From NCBI RefSeq assembly GCF_003704095.1, contig NW_020847747.1, positions 124,001-188,000 of the forward strand: DNA of 64,000 bases, in the 5' to 3' direction. This stretch comes from Pocillopora damicornis (lineage: Eukaryota). This document shows, in pieces, positions 26,154 to 37,632 of the stretch; position 1 is the stretch's first letter; each line of letters begins with the position of its first letter. A program made the position numbers and the translations under genes. The notes beneath the pieces were generated by a model, which saw only the letters and a program-made list of their open reading frames with translations, was not told the DNA's origin and did no database searches.

Positions 26154-29100
26154 ATGACTGTGCTTAGAAACGTTCTTGTCAACATTTTTCTCGTTGCTCT
26201 TTTTAGCCAGCTCATTTCCTCAACTGCAGGTAGGTGTTTGATTTGTTGACCAATCTTTAGCCGCTCAAAACTACGTCTGTTGTTTACGTCTTCGACTGGA
26301 AACAGTCGGTTCTTTAATCTACCAGAAAACTAAAGAGCTTATCTGTTTCCGAGTCGAGTCGCTATTCTTTAACTGCAGTCGAAGATAAGCTGCGAGTTTT
26401 ATACCAATACCTTCTAAGCGAAAGTTAATTTTCACTTTGAATACTCCGCTGAGATAGATCTTCAATCTTTCCGAAACATATTGTCATGCTAATATAATTG
26501 TCAGTATTTTGTGAACAAAGCAGGCGAATAAAATAACATTCACTTTCACCAATTACTATCACTATTTCTGTATTTTCGTCAAGTGGAATAATTTCAGTTT
26601 TCTGTATGCTTTACCCGCATTCTAAGAATTACGAGACTTGACCTTCACCAGATTCTCGGAATCCGGATGCGGCATAGAACTGAGATATGACCGCATGCCA
26701 CATTAGATCTTCGTCTCTATAAGAGTAACAACAGCAGAAATAAAAGTATTTTTAAAGCGTTTGTTAGTTGGTTCAGTAAGATTCACCGTAGTTAATCGGC
26801 TATGAGCCGAGCGATTTTTTCAGAAAATTTCCTGAAGTCTTACCAAAGTTTTTGCCGAAAAAGGGTTTCGCGTTATGGCATTTTCTCAGAAGAGAAGTAC
26901 CTCATGAATTATGCGCAACTCGTCAATCACAGAAAATATGGTTGTCACGTACGTTCTTACGCAAACCTGTTCTGTGCTTACCTAAGTAGCCCACATTATT
27001 CTGTTAAATATTCTTACATACAAGTTTCCATTTTTGTCTCACTAGTTTAGTTTAGAAGATCGGTACCCGTTTGTCTAAGTTTTATCCTGTAGAATTCTTT
27101 ATATTTCCTTTTTTAAATTTCTTTTACGTGGCAGTGGTTTTCCGTTCGCTACCATGTGACCTTGGGAGTTTACCTCAATTCAATGTTTGATGTTATCTTG
27201 AAGAAAGAAAATGTTGAAGATATGAAATCCTACATTTTTTTACGTGGGGGGTGAGGGTGGGTTCCAGCGTAATGGGAAATGCGTGGACGAAGTGACCCAT
27301 AACCTACATCCTGATATAGGCTTGAACACCGATCATCAAAAATCTTCCATACTCTTTTCCACATCACTACGTCGTAGTATTTCCTTCCATTCCAACAACC
27401 CGACGAAACAATCTGAAAAAATGAAGACCGTACAAATAGTTTCCGTTCGTTTAAGGGAAAATCTCTTTGGCAATATTAATACTACATATTAGCGATTTTT
27501 AGTTATTGACATTTTTGTTTTAATGTTTACGACAAAGCGAAGGTGATCTTAAATAGTGATCTCGGCATTACACTCCATAATGGATGCAGCATCAGCGAAG
27601 ATCGTGGTACAATCACGTGCAACATGACGTTTGTCGATCATCCGATAACAATGGATTTGAAGGTGACTGCCTGCTTTAGATTTGTGATTTTCGTCTTTGC
27701 TTTGTTTTGAATTCATTCTCTGCAGAAACTGGCCAGTGGCACTTAATTGAGACTTCTCACGCACCTGTTTATACTCAATACAAGCCGTTTATACCCATAA
27801 ACAGGTGCTCGATTTAACAAATCGACAGTGTTCTGCGTGGTCTTTACTCTTATCTTGACGATGTTCGTAATTAAAGTGGTCAAAATGTTGTAACAATTTT
27901 TACCACTGCGATGACGAACATCATTGTCGACAAGAGTATTGATCATGCTAAACCATGCATTGTTAATTTGTTTTTTACCACAATATCGATGTCAAATAAA
28001 AAATTATTTTAGTGCGTGACCATATTTGAGAGTTGAGAAAGGTATTGCGCGGCACGCTGACGCGTGCGGCGTTGTCTGTCTTCATATCGACACTGACGGC
28101 AAATTGGCCAATAAGATTGCAACATTACTGCCAATTGTGGTAAAAATCAGATGATCAGTCTACGAAGTGACTAAAATAACTACAAACAAAAAATACACAC
28201 GATCAGGGAATGAGTTCCTGACACGACAGAGGAAGAACAACAAGAACTAAGGCAATGATTAATTAATAGTCTTTCCTCCTTTATAAATAAACTAAACATG
28301 ATCTTATCACCCGTTAGGTCAATAAGTACGATGACCCAGTCAGTATAACAGCCTCAATGGACGTACCTGATCTGCAAATCTCATGGTCACATACTTTCTC
28401 CTTCAGCGACACCCAGGAAGTCTCCGGTCGTAACTCATCGGGTGTGTATGTTCAAGTGCAACTCACTCAAAAGAGCGATGACCTTCGTTTAAATGTAAGT
28501 GCTTGTTGATGGGTCATCATGAACGGTAATAGAGTGTAGCCAATCAGAGAAGCATATTTCGCTTATGATGAACCCTTCAAATTAAGTTAAATTTTAATTA
28601 CTGACAACTTATGCTTTACTTATATTTATACCCGCCCCAGTTTTACAGGAAGTTGAGAATAAAAAATATCTAGATAGTTTTCTTTCGATCCCAAAAGTTA
28701 CAGAAATCTTAACCTGGGTAAGTTCACTATTTTGCTAAGGCCGAATCCTCTCCCAGAAACTCAATTCTACCGAGTCGAGTTTCGTCATTTATTGATCATA
28801 AATAGAGCGGGTGTAAACTGAGAATAAGTTTCGTGCAATATTCTCACACTGTGCGACTGTCCAACACGTGTTACCGCCAGAAGTAACACTATTCTTATCT
28901 CTTAGAGCCGCTGACTTTGTAGTTTTTACCTTCAATAGGTAAAGCTATTAGCCAGGGGTAAGACCTCTGGTCAAGATCTTCATCCTACCGAAATGACCGT
29001 TATAGAGGGAAACTTTCTGTTAAAGTCAGACGAACGAGGTAAGTTGTTATAACTCCTTCAGAAGCCCCGCCACAATCTATTCCTGGGAAAAACCATACCA

Positions 29101-30070
29101 AGGTTTTTTATGTTTTATATGAAGTTATCCCACATTTTAAGAACCTACCTTGAAATATTAAAACAATTTACTACACATTTGAAAATTCAGAGCCACTGAA
29201 TTTGCGAGTTAAATTTTACTCTCAGTGGTAATCGACTTTGCTTTTCTCCTATGAAAGTTTCACACGGGGCCACCGATGACTGGATCAGAATATTCCATAT
29301 TTATAGCCTTCATGACCTTGACGGAATGTATTATGGATAATTCGGTGTTAACTGGGTAGATAGTCAAGATTATTGATATTGGAGACACTTTTTACTCTTT
29401 GTGGTTAACTCCGTCGAAAGAAATCCATTTGCCATTAAAAAAAATTCAGAAAATCGACCATCAAGGGGAAAACACCATGAGAAATCCGTAACCTCATCAC
29501 TGTGAGGAATCAGTAATTATATATTATCCGGGGGGTTAGGGCTCGGAGGATTTTACTTGTGTCACCATAACATTTAACTCGTAAGGCTCCGTACTGAACA
29601 TTTTTCTGACCTCCCCACTCCATTGGCAGTTAACGGGTGGTCAATTTTCTAAAGTTCCCCCTTCATACTCTGTTTATGACGACTGATATCCTCTCCGTTC
29701 CTCCCTGAAAACCACGTAATCTCCCAGAATCCTGCACTTGTTCCCTTCCCCCCCCCTTCCCGGGCGATAGAAAATGACTGGTTCTTTAAATAGGAGAATT
29801 TGACGAAATAACGGCTCAGAAAACTTTATAATGACAGGAAAAAAAAGAAAAGAAAGAAAGAAAGTGGAAACGAGTCTGCCTCAAACGGTCTCTCACTGTG
29901 TCTCGGTTTTTGTCGCAGGAAACTTCGAATGGTGGCATAAGCTGACCGAAACTGAAAAAGGGGCGGTAATTGGTGGCCCCCTCTTCGTCATTTTGTTTAT
30001 TATTTCAATCAGCTGCTGTTGCTGCTGCAAGCGATCCAACTGTTGCAGCTGCCGCTGCCGCTGCCGGTGA
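26154..30070 (+). CDS. Gene 6 of the family: degenerate paralog (Cys loss, truncated tail), ~209 aa, possibly a pseudogene
   Basis: Exons 26154-26229, 27538-27662, 28318-28494, 28939-29038 and 29919-30070; 630 nt, open frame. Four of six ectodomain Cys are replaced and the tail stops at CRCRCR*. The exon-2 acceptor is the least certain junction. Confidence 0.7.
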
Positions 30071-31025
30071 GGCTACAGTTGTGACATCAGCAGTTGATGC
30101 CTATCCGGCGAAAGAACCATTGTGTGTAGTTTGTTGAAGGCATGAAAACTAACAATAAATAAATCTTATAGTCTCGGTCCTCTGCTTAAGTTATTCCTGG
30201 AACGACTTCTTCTGATATCTTTCCTCTGACTCACTCAAACGGTTTAAGGTCGGTTCCGGTATCAAAAGTTCAGTTTGAGGAGTAATAGCGTAGTTTGATT
30301 AAAATGATTATCAATCAATGGTGAACCGCTGTCTTGATTTACGACTGTTGTTGGATTTTTTTTCCTCTTTTCTGCGGGAATCACCAGCGGAATTCTGCTG
30401 CGAGTTGGACGATAATTAGAAACTGATCATTCATTATTTATCGTCAGGGGAGTAGGGCAAGGTGGATTTCGGTTCACAATAAAATTTACCCAATCCCCCA
30501 TAGGCCCATAAGGCTTTGTGGTCTTCTAATGATCTTCCCTCATTGGAAGTCAATTCTTAATAGTCCTCCTTTAAATTCTGTCAGAGACAACCAAGAGACT
30601 AAAATCTCTTGAGACAACTGATTCCCACTCCACTCCCCCCGAAAATCATGTGATTCCCCAAAATCCTTCTACACCCCTCCCCCCGGGCAATAAATAATGA
30701 GTGGTCTTTTCGGTAGATAACCATTTATAGCTGATGTTAATGAACTGGAAAAGGAGTAACTGCCATAGCAACCTGGTTCCCAGGTTCCTCTCTTGAGGAG
30801 GAGAAAGGACCTTGGGAACGAGGATGCTGCCATAGTATTATCATAACCGGAAGTAAGGCTTTGCATTACGACACAATTCCGAGAAAAGGGATTAAGCTTC
30901 CGGGAACACTGACCACTGAAACAAGTCGAATGAAAATTCTGAAGTTACTTTTAATAATACAATTTAAAGGTGGACGAACACTGTATATCGAATTGTTACA
31001 TTTGCTAAATTCTTCTCTGTACAAA

Positions 31026-31101
31026 ACGGTTGCACATGGAACTGTTTTGGCCCAAATTTTTCTCGTTCTTCTTTTCATCCGGCCGGCTTCTTCGACTGAA
31101 G
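31026..31101 (+). pseudogene. Dead duplicate of the gene 6/7 signal-peptide exon
   Basis: ACG-V-A-H-GTVLAQIFLVLLFIRPASSTE aligns to gene 7 MIASGTILTKGFLILLFSQLIFTTA. The start codon has become ACG and the donor actgcag|gt has become actgaag|ag. Confidence 0.7.
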
Positions 31102-31540
31102 AGGAAATTTTTTATGCGTAGGTAGCTATTGGGTTTTTGTCGAGGAAAATGCTGTGAAATTCGACGAATTAGAAGAACAATTTTACTTTTGGAAATTTTT
31201 TAAATTGGAGCCAAGGAAAATAAATGTGTTTGAAACATTACCTACTGTCTTTTTCTGTGAGAGTAATCTACAGCCCGTATCCGATTGTGAGCGACATTAT
31301 CGCGCGGGTTATGGAAGTATACAGTTCTCCCACAATCAGGCAGAAGTCGATCTTGGCACGATGCCTTTGTATTCCCAAATTCCGAGAAACACAGCCTCGC
31401 TTCTACGAGCAATGAAAAACCGGTCATACTGGAAAATACCAGAATTGCTGTCAATCAAACTGTCGCTAAGCCGAAGCGTGGGTACCGAAAAGACACGCCA
31501 TTTAGAAACATTGAGGCTTTCTATCTCTTCGTCGTTCAAA

Positions 31541-34500
31541 ATGATTGCGTCTGGAACTATTCTGACCAAAGGTTTTCTTATTCTTCTTTTCAGTCAGCTG
31601 ATTTTCACAACTGCAGGTAATTATTCAATGTTTAATGTGATCTTTTTTTTGGTCGTTTATATGTTTACTGTGGAAGCTCTGATATATTTTCTCTTCTTCA
31701 ATGATAAAAAGTGATTGATTCTCAATTTGGAGGAAAATTTGAATGAAATTGTGTAAGTAGCGAGGGGGCCAAACAAGTCGAATAAGGTGGGAAAAGCCAC
31801 GAGATTAGTGTTATTATGTATTTTAATAACAGCACATTTCGTGGAAACGCCAACGCTGAATCTTTTCGAAAGTTGAAGTCTTATAAATAAGAAGGTCTAT
31901 AGCTGGTTACAGTTACGTATGTAGAGTCTTAATTTGATAGAAGACCAAATGAAAACAGGGAAATTATTCCTAACGCAAAACTTAACGTCAGTTCAAAGTC
32001 CTGTGTTAGGGGCGAAACATCTGTGGTCGGGTCAGCCATTATTATTTATTGACCAGTATTTTTTTTAACTTATCGAGAAACGTTTGCGCATGAAAACACA
32101 TAATTTTCATCCTATTTAACGTAGAAACCTTCAAAGCAGAGGGTCAACTTGTATATATTTCGAATTCAATCGAGGATAATTGACACAATTCCGCAAACTC
32201 CTAACGAATTCGAAGAATTTCAAGAGTGTTCGAATTCTCGGAATTGATGCGTCATATCGGTCTGACGGCATACATGCATGCTTCTTGATAGAATGTATTC
32301 CTCAAAACTGTTATCCCCAAATAAAGGAATGGCCGTCCAAACTATTCTCTGTATAGAGTAAACTTCATTTTTAATCGTTCGAGTGACTCGTTAGAAAACT
32401 AGAGCGGGATTAGAAAAGAACAGAGCGAGACTATTAATTATGCACGTTGCCGATCAGGGTTCGCCGACCTAATCGTCGTTGAACACGGTCTAGAAAGAAC
32501 GGTCTTTTCCAGATCCATATTGCGCGACAAAGAAGTTTTGAGAAATGAAAAGCAAAATTAATTTTATCGCCAAATTTTTAAGTACCTGCATTATACATGA
32601 AACCCTACAGAGGTAAGATAAATAAAATGAGAAAGATTTGAAAGGAAATAGATCGACGTCAGTGGACTTAATCTAACTTTTCTACCCACCACTGTGACCA
32701 TTCATTGGAATTCAGCACTATATTGCGACACCTCAATCAAGCGAATTTATTGAGGACCGCAAATCACTAATGTTTTGTCGATATTAGGAGTAGAAACCTT
32801 ATATAATGTCATTCAAAAGTTAATTGGTGCGACCGTCTCAGTTTCCTTGTGACCTAGAACAAACTAGAGATTACATCCGTTGAACTCGAATACTGGTCTT
32901 CGTAAACCGATTGTTTTGAAAAAGTGCTTGGCGGAATAGTAAAACAACCACTTATTTCAAAGCTTTTTCAAATCATCTTGATCACATCGGAACATTTCAT
33001 TCTTTTGCATATCAGTCGCGCTAGTTTGTTTGCAGCGCTTAGTACCAGGATGTATTAGCGTTAGCGAAAATTTTTTTGCACAAACCCTCTAGTCGGTCGT
33101 ATCAATGAATTGATGTTGCCTGCCCGGACTGCATCGTAAAAGATAAGCGATCATAAAATACCTAATGTATCATGAATTTTTCATTGTTTGTTAATTGTCA
33201 TTCCCTGTCTGATGATTTAAACTCTGAATAAATTTAATTTTACCTCAGAAGACCTTGCACATCGAAGAAATCGCTGCAGTTGCAATGATAAAATCTGTAT
33301 GTCATCTGTAATATGTTTCTTGACAAAAATGCGACGGGAAAAAATCTGATTTTTAGAAAACTGAATTTTAGTATATTCCTGAAGACCTTTGTAATAATGT
33401 TATAGGTATCCCGGAGTCACAATCACAAGTTTTCTTTCTGTAAACACAACTGTTTTTAACTCCTAAGAAAAACACACTTATGTGCAGTGTCAATCAAAAC
33501 TCGACTACATTCAGGCCCAGTCTCCGTCATACGTATTTTGATTTAGAATAGACGGAAGAGTTAGTTTGTGAGTAGGTTGGCATGGGTTAGCGAATTAAAA
33601 AAGGTTAATAACGAAACAAAAAGAGATCTAGCGGTTGGTTTACAGTAAGAGTTAGAAAGGGAATGATAACTGATTACCTTTTTGAGACAATTGGTAAAAT
33701 TATAGTCTTATACAGCTTCAGAAAGGAGTTTTGCTTAATAGAAATATTATTATTTTTAGCTGACTTCTCAGATCAGGACAGCGACAGTGATTGGGATGAC
33801 CAAACCATTCAGGGTAGCGATTCCTGTGGCACCTCCACACTTGATGATGGTTGCAGCATGAGTGATGATTGCAGCACAATCACGTGCAAAACAAATTTCG
33901 TCGAAAAGCCGATCACACTGAAGTTAAAGGTAAGTTTGCGCTTCCCTCACAAACGAAACGTCATTAAAAAGATCTAGAATTTCTGCTGTTAAGTAATTCT
34001 TTATTGGAAAGTTAAATTAGCAATTTAATATACGACAAACAATTCGTGTTTGTTTGTTTGTTTTTTTCCACTTGCTTATCTGTTTTTTTAAGTTGATAAG
34101 TTGAGATCCTGTTTTCATCCCAGTCCCTCTCGCGGGAGTATTCCGAAGGGAATTGATGTAAGCCAAACTCTAACAGGAAAAGTAATGCGTGCCGTTACAA
34201 AAAAAAGGGAAAACGGCATAAACCATGTGAAACAGATTGAGACAATTCGTAATTTATCAGGGTGAAAGTCAGATAAATGAAAAAGCACGAAAAAAAGCTG
34301 AATTCACGGTGAGAAATCGAACCTCAGACACGACAAATTGGCTCTTTGATGCTCTGCTTTAACCCTTAATAGTGACAAGTATATAATTTCTCCTCACAAT
34401 ATCACCCCTGAATCACACATTAAGGTCATGAGAATAAAAAAGATGATCACCGACTTAAGCAGCTCTTGATTATTAAACAAATTCCCCTTTCAGCTCCCTA

Positions 34501-36132
34501 GAAAATATATAGGGCTCAGTAAGGAGAGTGTGCATACTGATTTTAGGGTGTAAATGGTTAAGCAACAGAGAACTCGTTGGTGAACCACACCAATATGAAG
34601 TTCAAATTTAACAAGCGTCTTTCTATAACTTCAAGGGAAGCGACTGACAACTTTCTTTCTCTAACGGCCCCCATCGACCAGCTTTGATCTGAAAATCACG
34701 AAAAAGCGCAAAATTAACTTATTTTACTGCCCATTAGGTCAACAAGTGCGATGACCCAATCAGTGTAACAGCCTCAATGGATGTACCTGATCTGGGTATC
34801 TCCTGGTCTCATACTTACACCAGTGACGACATCATAAAAGTCCCAGGATTCACTGTGTCGATACCAGTTCTCCCAATTTCCGCTGGTGTGTACGTTCAAG
34901 TCTCTCTCACTCCAAACGGTGATGAACTGAAACTTACGGTCAGTACTCGATTGACGATATCATGGTGACTGAAAAGAGACAATTTATTCCCAGTCTAAGT
35001 TCTGCAACTTTCATCCTAGCCCTTTGATCTAAGAGTGACTAGCGTCTAATTTCTCCTCACAATATCACGACTGAATCACACACTTTGGGGCAAGAGAGGT
35101 TAATTTGGTAAATGTAAAGAATCTAACAATTGTTGTTTCTATTTGCAGGTGAAGCTCCTCGCTGGGGGCCAGGTTGGGGATAAAGGAGTTTATCCTGTGA
35201 AACTACCTGTGATAGACGGTAACCTGCCCATTAACACCAACGCCTGCGGTAAGTGATGATGTATGTAAACTGTCAAGAGCATTCCCAACAAATGGATTTC
35301 TTTCACCACTCGATAGGAAACTATCGACAATTGTTAAACATTTCTTGTTATTCAGTAATAGTTGTTATTCAGTGAAAGGGCAAGGGAATCTCGTGAATGG
35401 CCTGGTTGATTTAAAAAGGAGGAGGACGGGCGTTCATTGGGGGCCTGGGAGAGCAAGAGGTGGGAGCCAAAGAGAATAGGGGATGGTGCCGTGGACAATG
35501 AGGGGGGTGCTCAGGGGAAGCCCGGGAGAAGAGGTGATGGCAATCCGCCTCAAGAATCGGGTGTGGAAGGAGACAGAAGGAAGAAGGAAATAAAAACAAA
35601 TGCGGGCAATCGTCATCATTAATCNNNNNNNNNNNNNNNNNNNNNNNNNNNNNNNNNNNNNNNNNNNNNNNNNNNNNNNNNNNNNNNNNNNNNNNNNNNN
35701 NNNNNNNNNNNNNNNNNNNNNNNNNNNNNNNNNNNNNNNNNNNNNNNNNNNNNNNNNNNNNNNNNNNNNNNNNNNNNNNNNNNNNNNNNNNNNNNNNNNN
35801 NNNNNNNNNNNNNNNNNNNNNNNNNNNNNNNNNNNNNNNNNNNNNNNNNNNNNNNNNNNNNNNNNNNNNNNNNNNNNNNNNNNNNNNNNNNNNNNNNNNN
35901 NNNNNNTATGAACGATATGGAAAGAGGAGCTGTGGTCGGAGGCACCATTCTTGTACTCATCATCCTCATCTCTACCTGTTGCTGCTGCTGCGGCTGCTGC
36001 AGCTGTTGCAAACCTGCTCGGCCCAATCATGGAACTGTGTTTATCCAGCCTCCTGTTAGTGTGGGGCCTCCTGTCATGGCAACCAGTACTAAGACTACTG
36101 TCCCCATGCAACCGTTTGTTAACGAGGCTTAA
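31541..36132 (+). CDS. Gene 7 of the family (poly-Cys subfamily)
   Basis: Exons 31541-31616, 33760-33929, 34738-34938 and 35149-35248; the last exon starts inside gap 35625-35906 and ends at 36132 (TM, TCCCCCGCCSCC, ..TVPMQPFVNEA*). Confidence 0.85.
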
Positions 36133-37632
36133 GTCTTTGCCGTCTTCACTGTGCATGCTTTGAAAACGTGACGGGGTGGGGAGAGGAAACAAGGGAAGGG
36201 GTTACTCAACATTCAAGTTTCAATTTTTCCTCTTTAAACAAAGAAGAATTCCTAATCATATTCTTCCAAACAAGGCCCCTTAGCAGGGTGATAACATATC
36301 GTTCATTTCATTTCTCTCTTATTTTTTTTGAATGTTCTATTATTTAGCAAAGGCTACACGATCGTAATTTAGCAGGCAGGTCAGTTTTGAAACCAGTGAT
36401 GTCCATTCTAAGGAATCATAATCGAACATATCTTAGCGTTTTCATGGAGTTCGTGAAGAGGTCATCTCAGTTTCCGAGATATACTGTTCATGCCATGAAG
36501 TATAGAAATTTAATGAGTTTTTTCGCATGTGGATTTTGCAGATAGTCCTCAATTCACAAAGAATTTAAAAACCTCCTGAAATAGAATCCCGCGAACCAAG
36601 ACGCAAAACCTTACTTCCGTAAGTCCATTAAAGAACTTTCAGTAGTTTTTAAGTAGCTAGTATTGCATTTTAGGGTTTTTTTTTTAATGTTTTGACCCAA
36701 TAGAGTGTGCCGTAACTGAAGTTGTAAAGGATGATGGTTCTTTTACTTCCTAACTAATTTTTTGTGAACTTGAGAGGAAATTTGCAAAAAGGGTTTCCGT
36801 CCCGCAAACTTTTTTATCCCATAAAATAGGATGCCGATCAGCGCAAGTCAACGGAGTCGATTTTTTTGTGTAATTATGGAGTTGCGCTTGCAGAATATCT
36901 AATAGAGAGGTCACGAAGTTCTTTACATTTTGTTTGATGTTTTTCCTAAGTAAAAATCTTCTCCCGTGAATTTTGCTTTTCATGATAATACTTTGTATAT
37001 TGATTAAAATTGTTAGAATTAGTCATGGGTGACTATATTTGATACAGGGAATTTTTTCACAGATGACAAGTATTTCAACACATATCAGATTGTGCGCGCA
37101 GTTTTGTTATATATTTCCTTTTATTGATCTTACGTCACCACGTGCAGGAGACCTCAGCTTATGGTTATTATTAGCATTTGATAGGCAGGCTGTTTACATA
37201 TCAATGATCATTAATGGTTACTAATTTGTTGATTGTCACTAGTCTAGTTATTTCTACAAATAAATGATACTCACATTTTGACTTATGGATATTTATAAGA
37301 AACGAAATAATCCTAAAGGATGAATCGCAGTTGAGACAATTGCAGAAAAAGCTGAGACGAAAAGATCAGGCTATGATAGGATTGGAACCCATGCCCTTTA
37401 GGTACTTGTTTGGCGTTATCATCAATCGTCTCTGGGAGGCATGGATTCAAATTTTGTGGAAGCTTAAAGTTTTTTGGGATTCTCTTCTGGAATTTTTTCA
37501 GATTGCAGCTCATTATATTTTCAATCTAACGTTCCCAACTTTGATGAGAAATCTCGATATTCTCTTGTAAGATATCAAATGGCTACTAAAATTTTTCTGG
37601 TCCTTTGTGAAGATTACTACTCTAGACACGAT

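Noticed and set aside
31154-31714. 186-aa ORF
   Set aside because: Chance read-through around the true 76-nt signal exon of gene 7.
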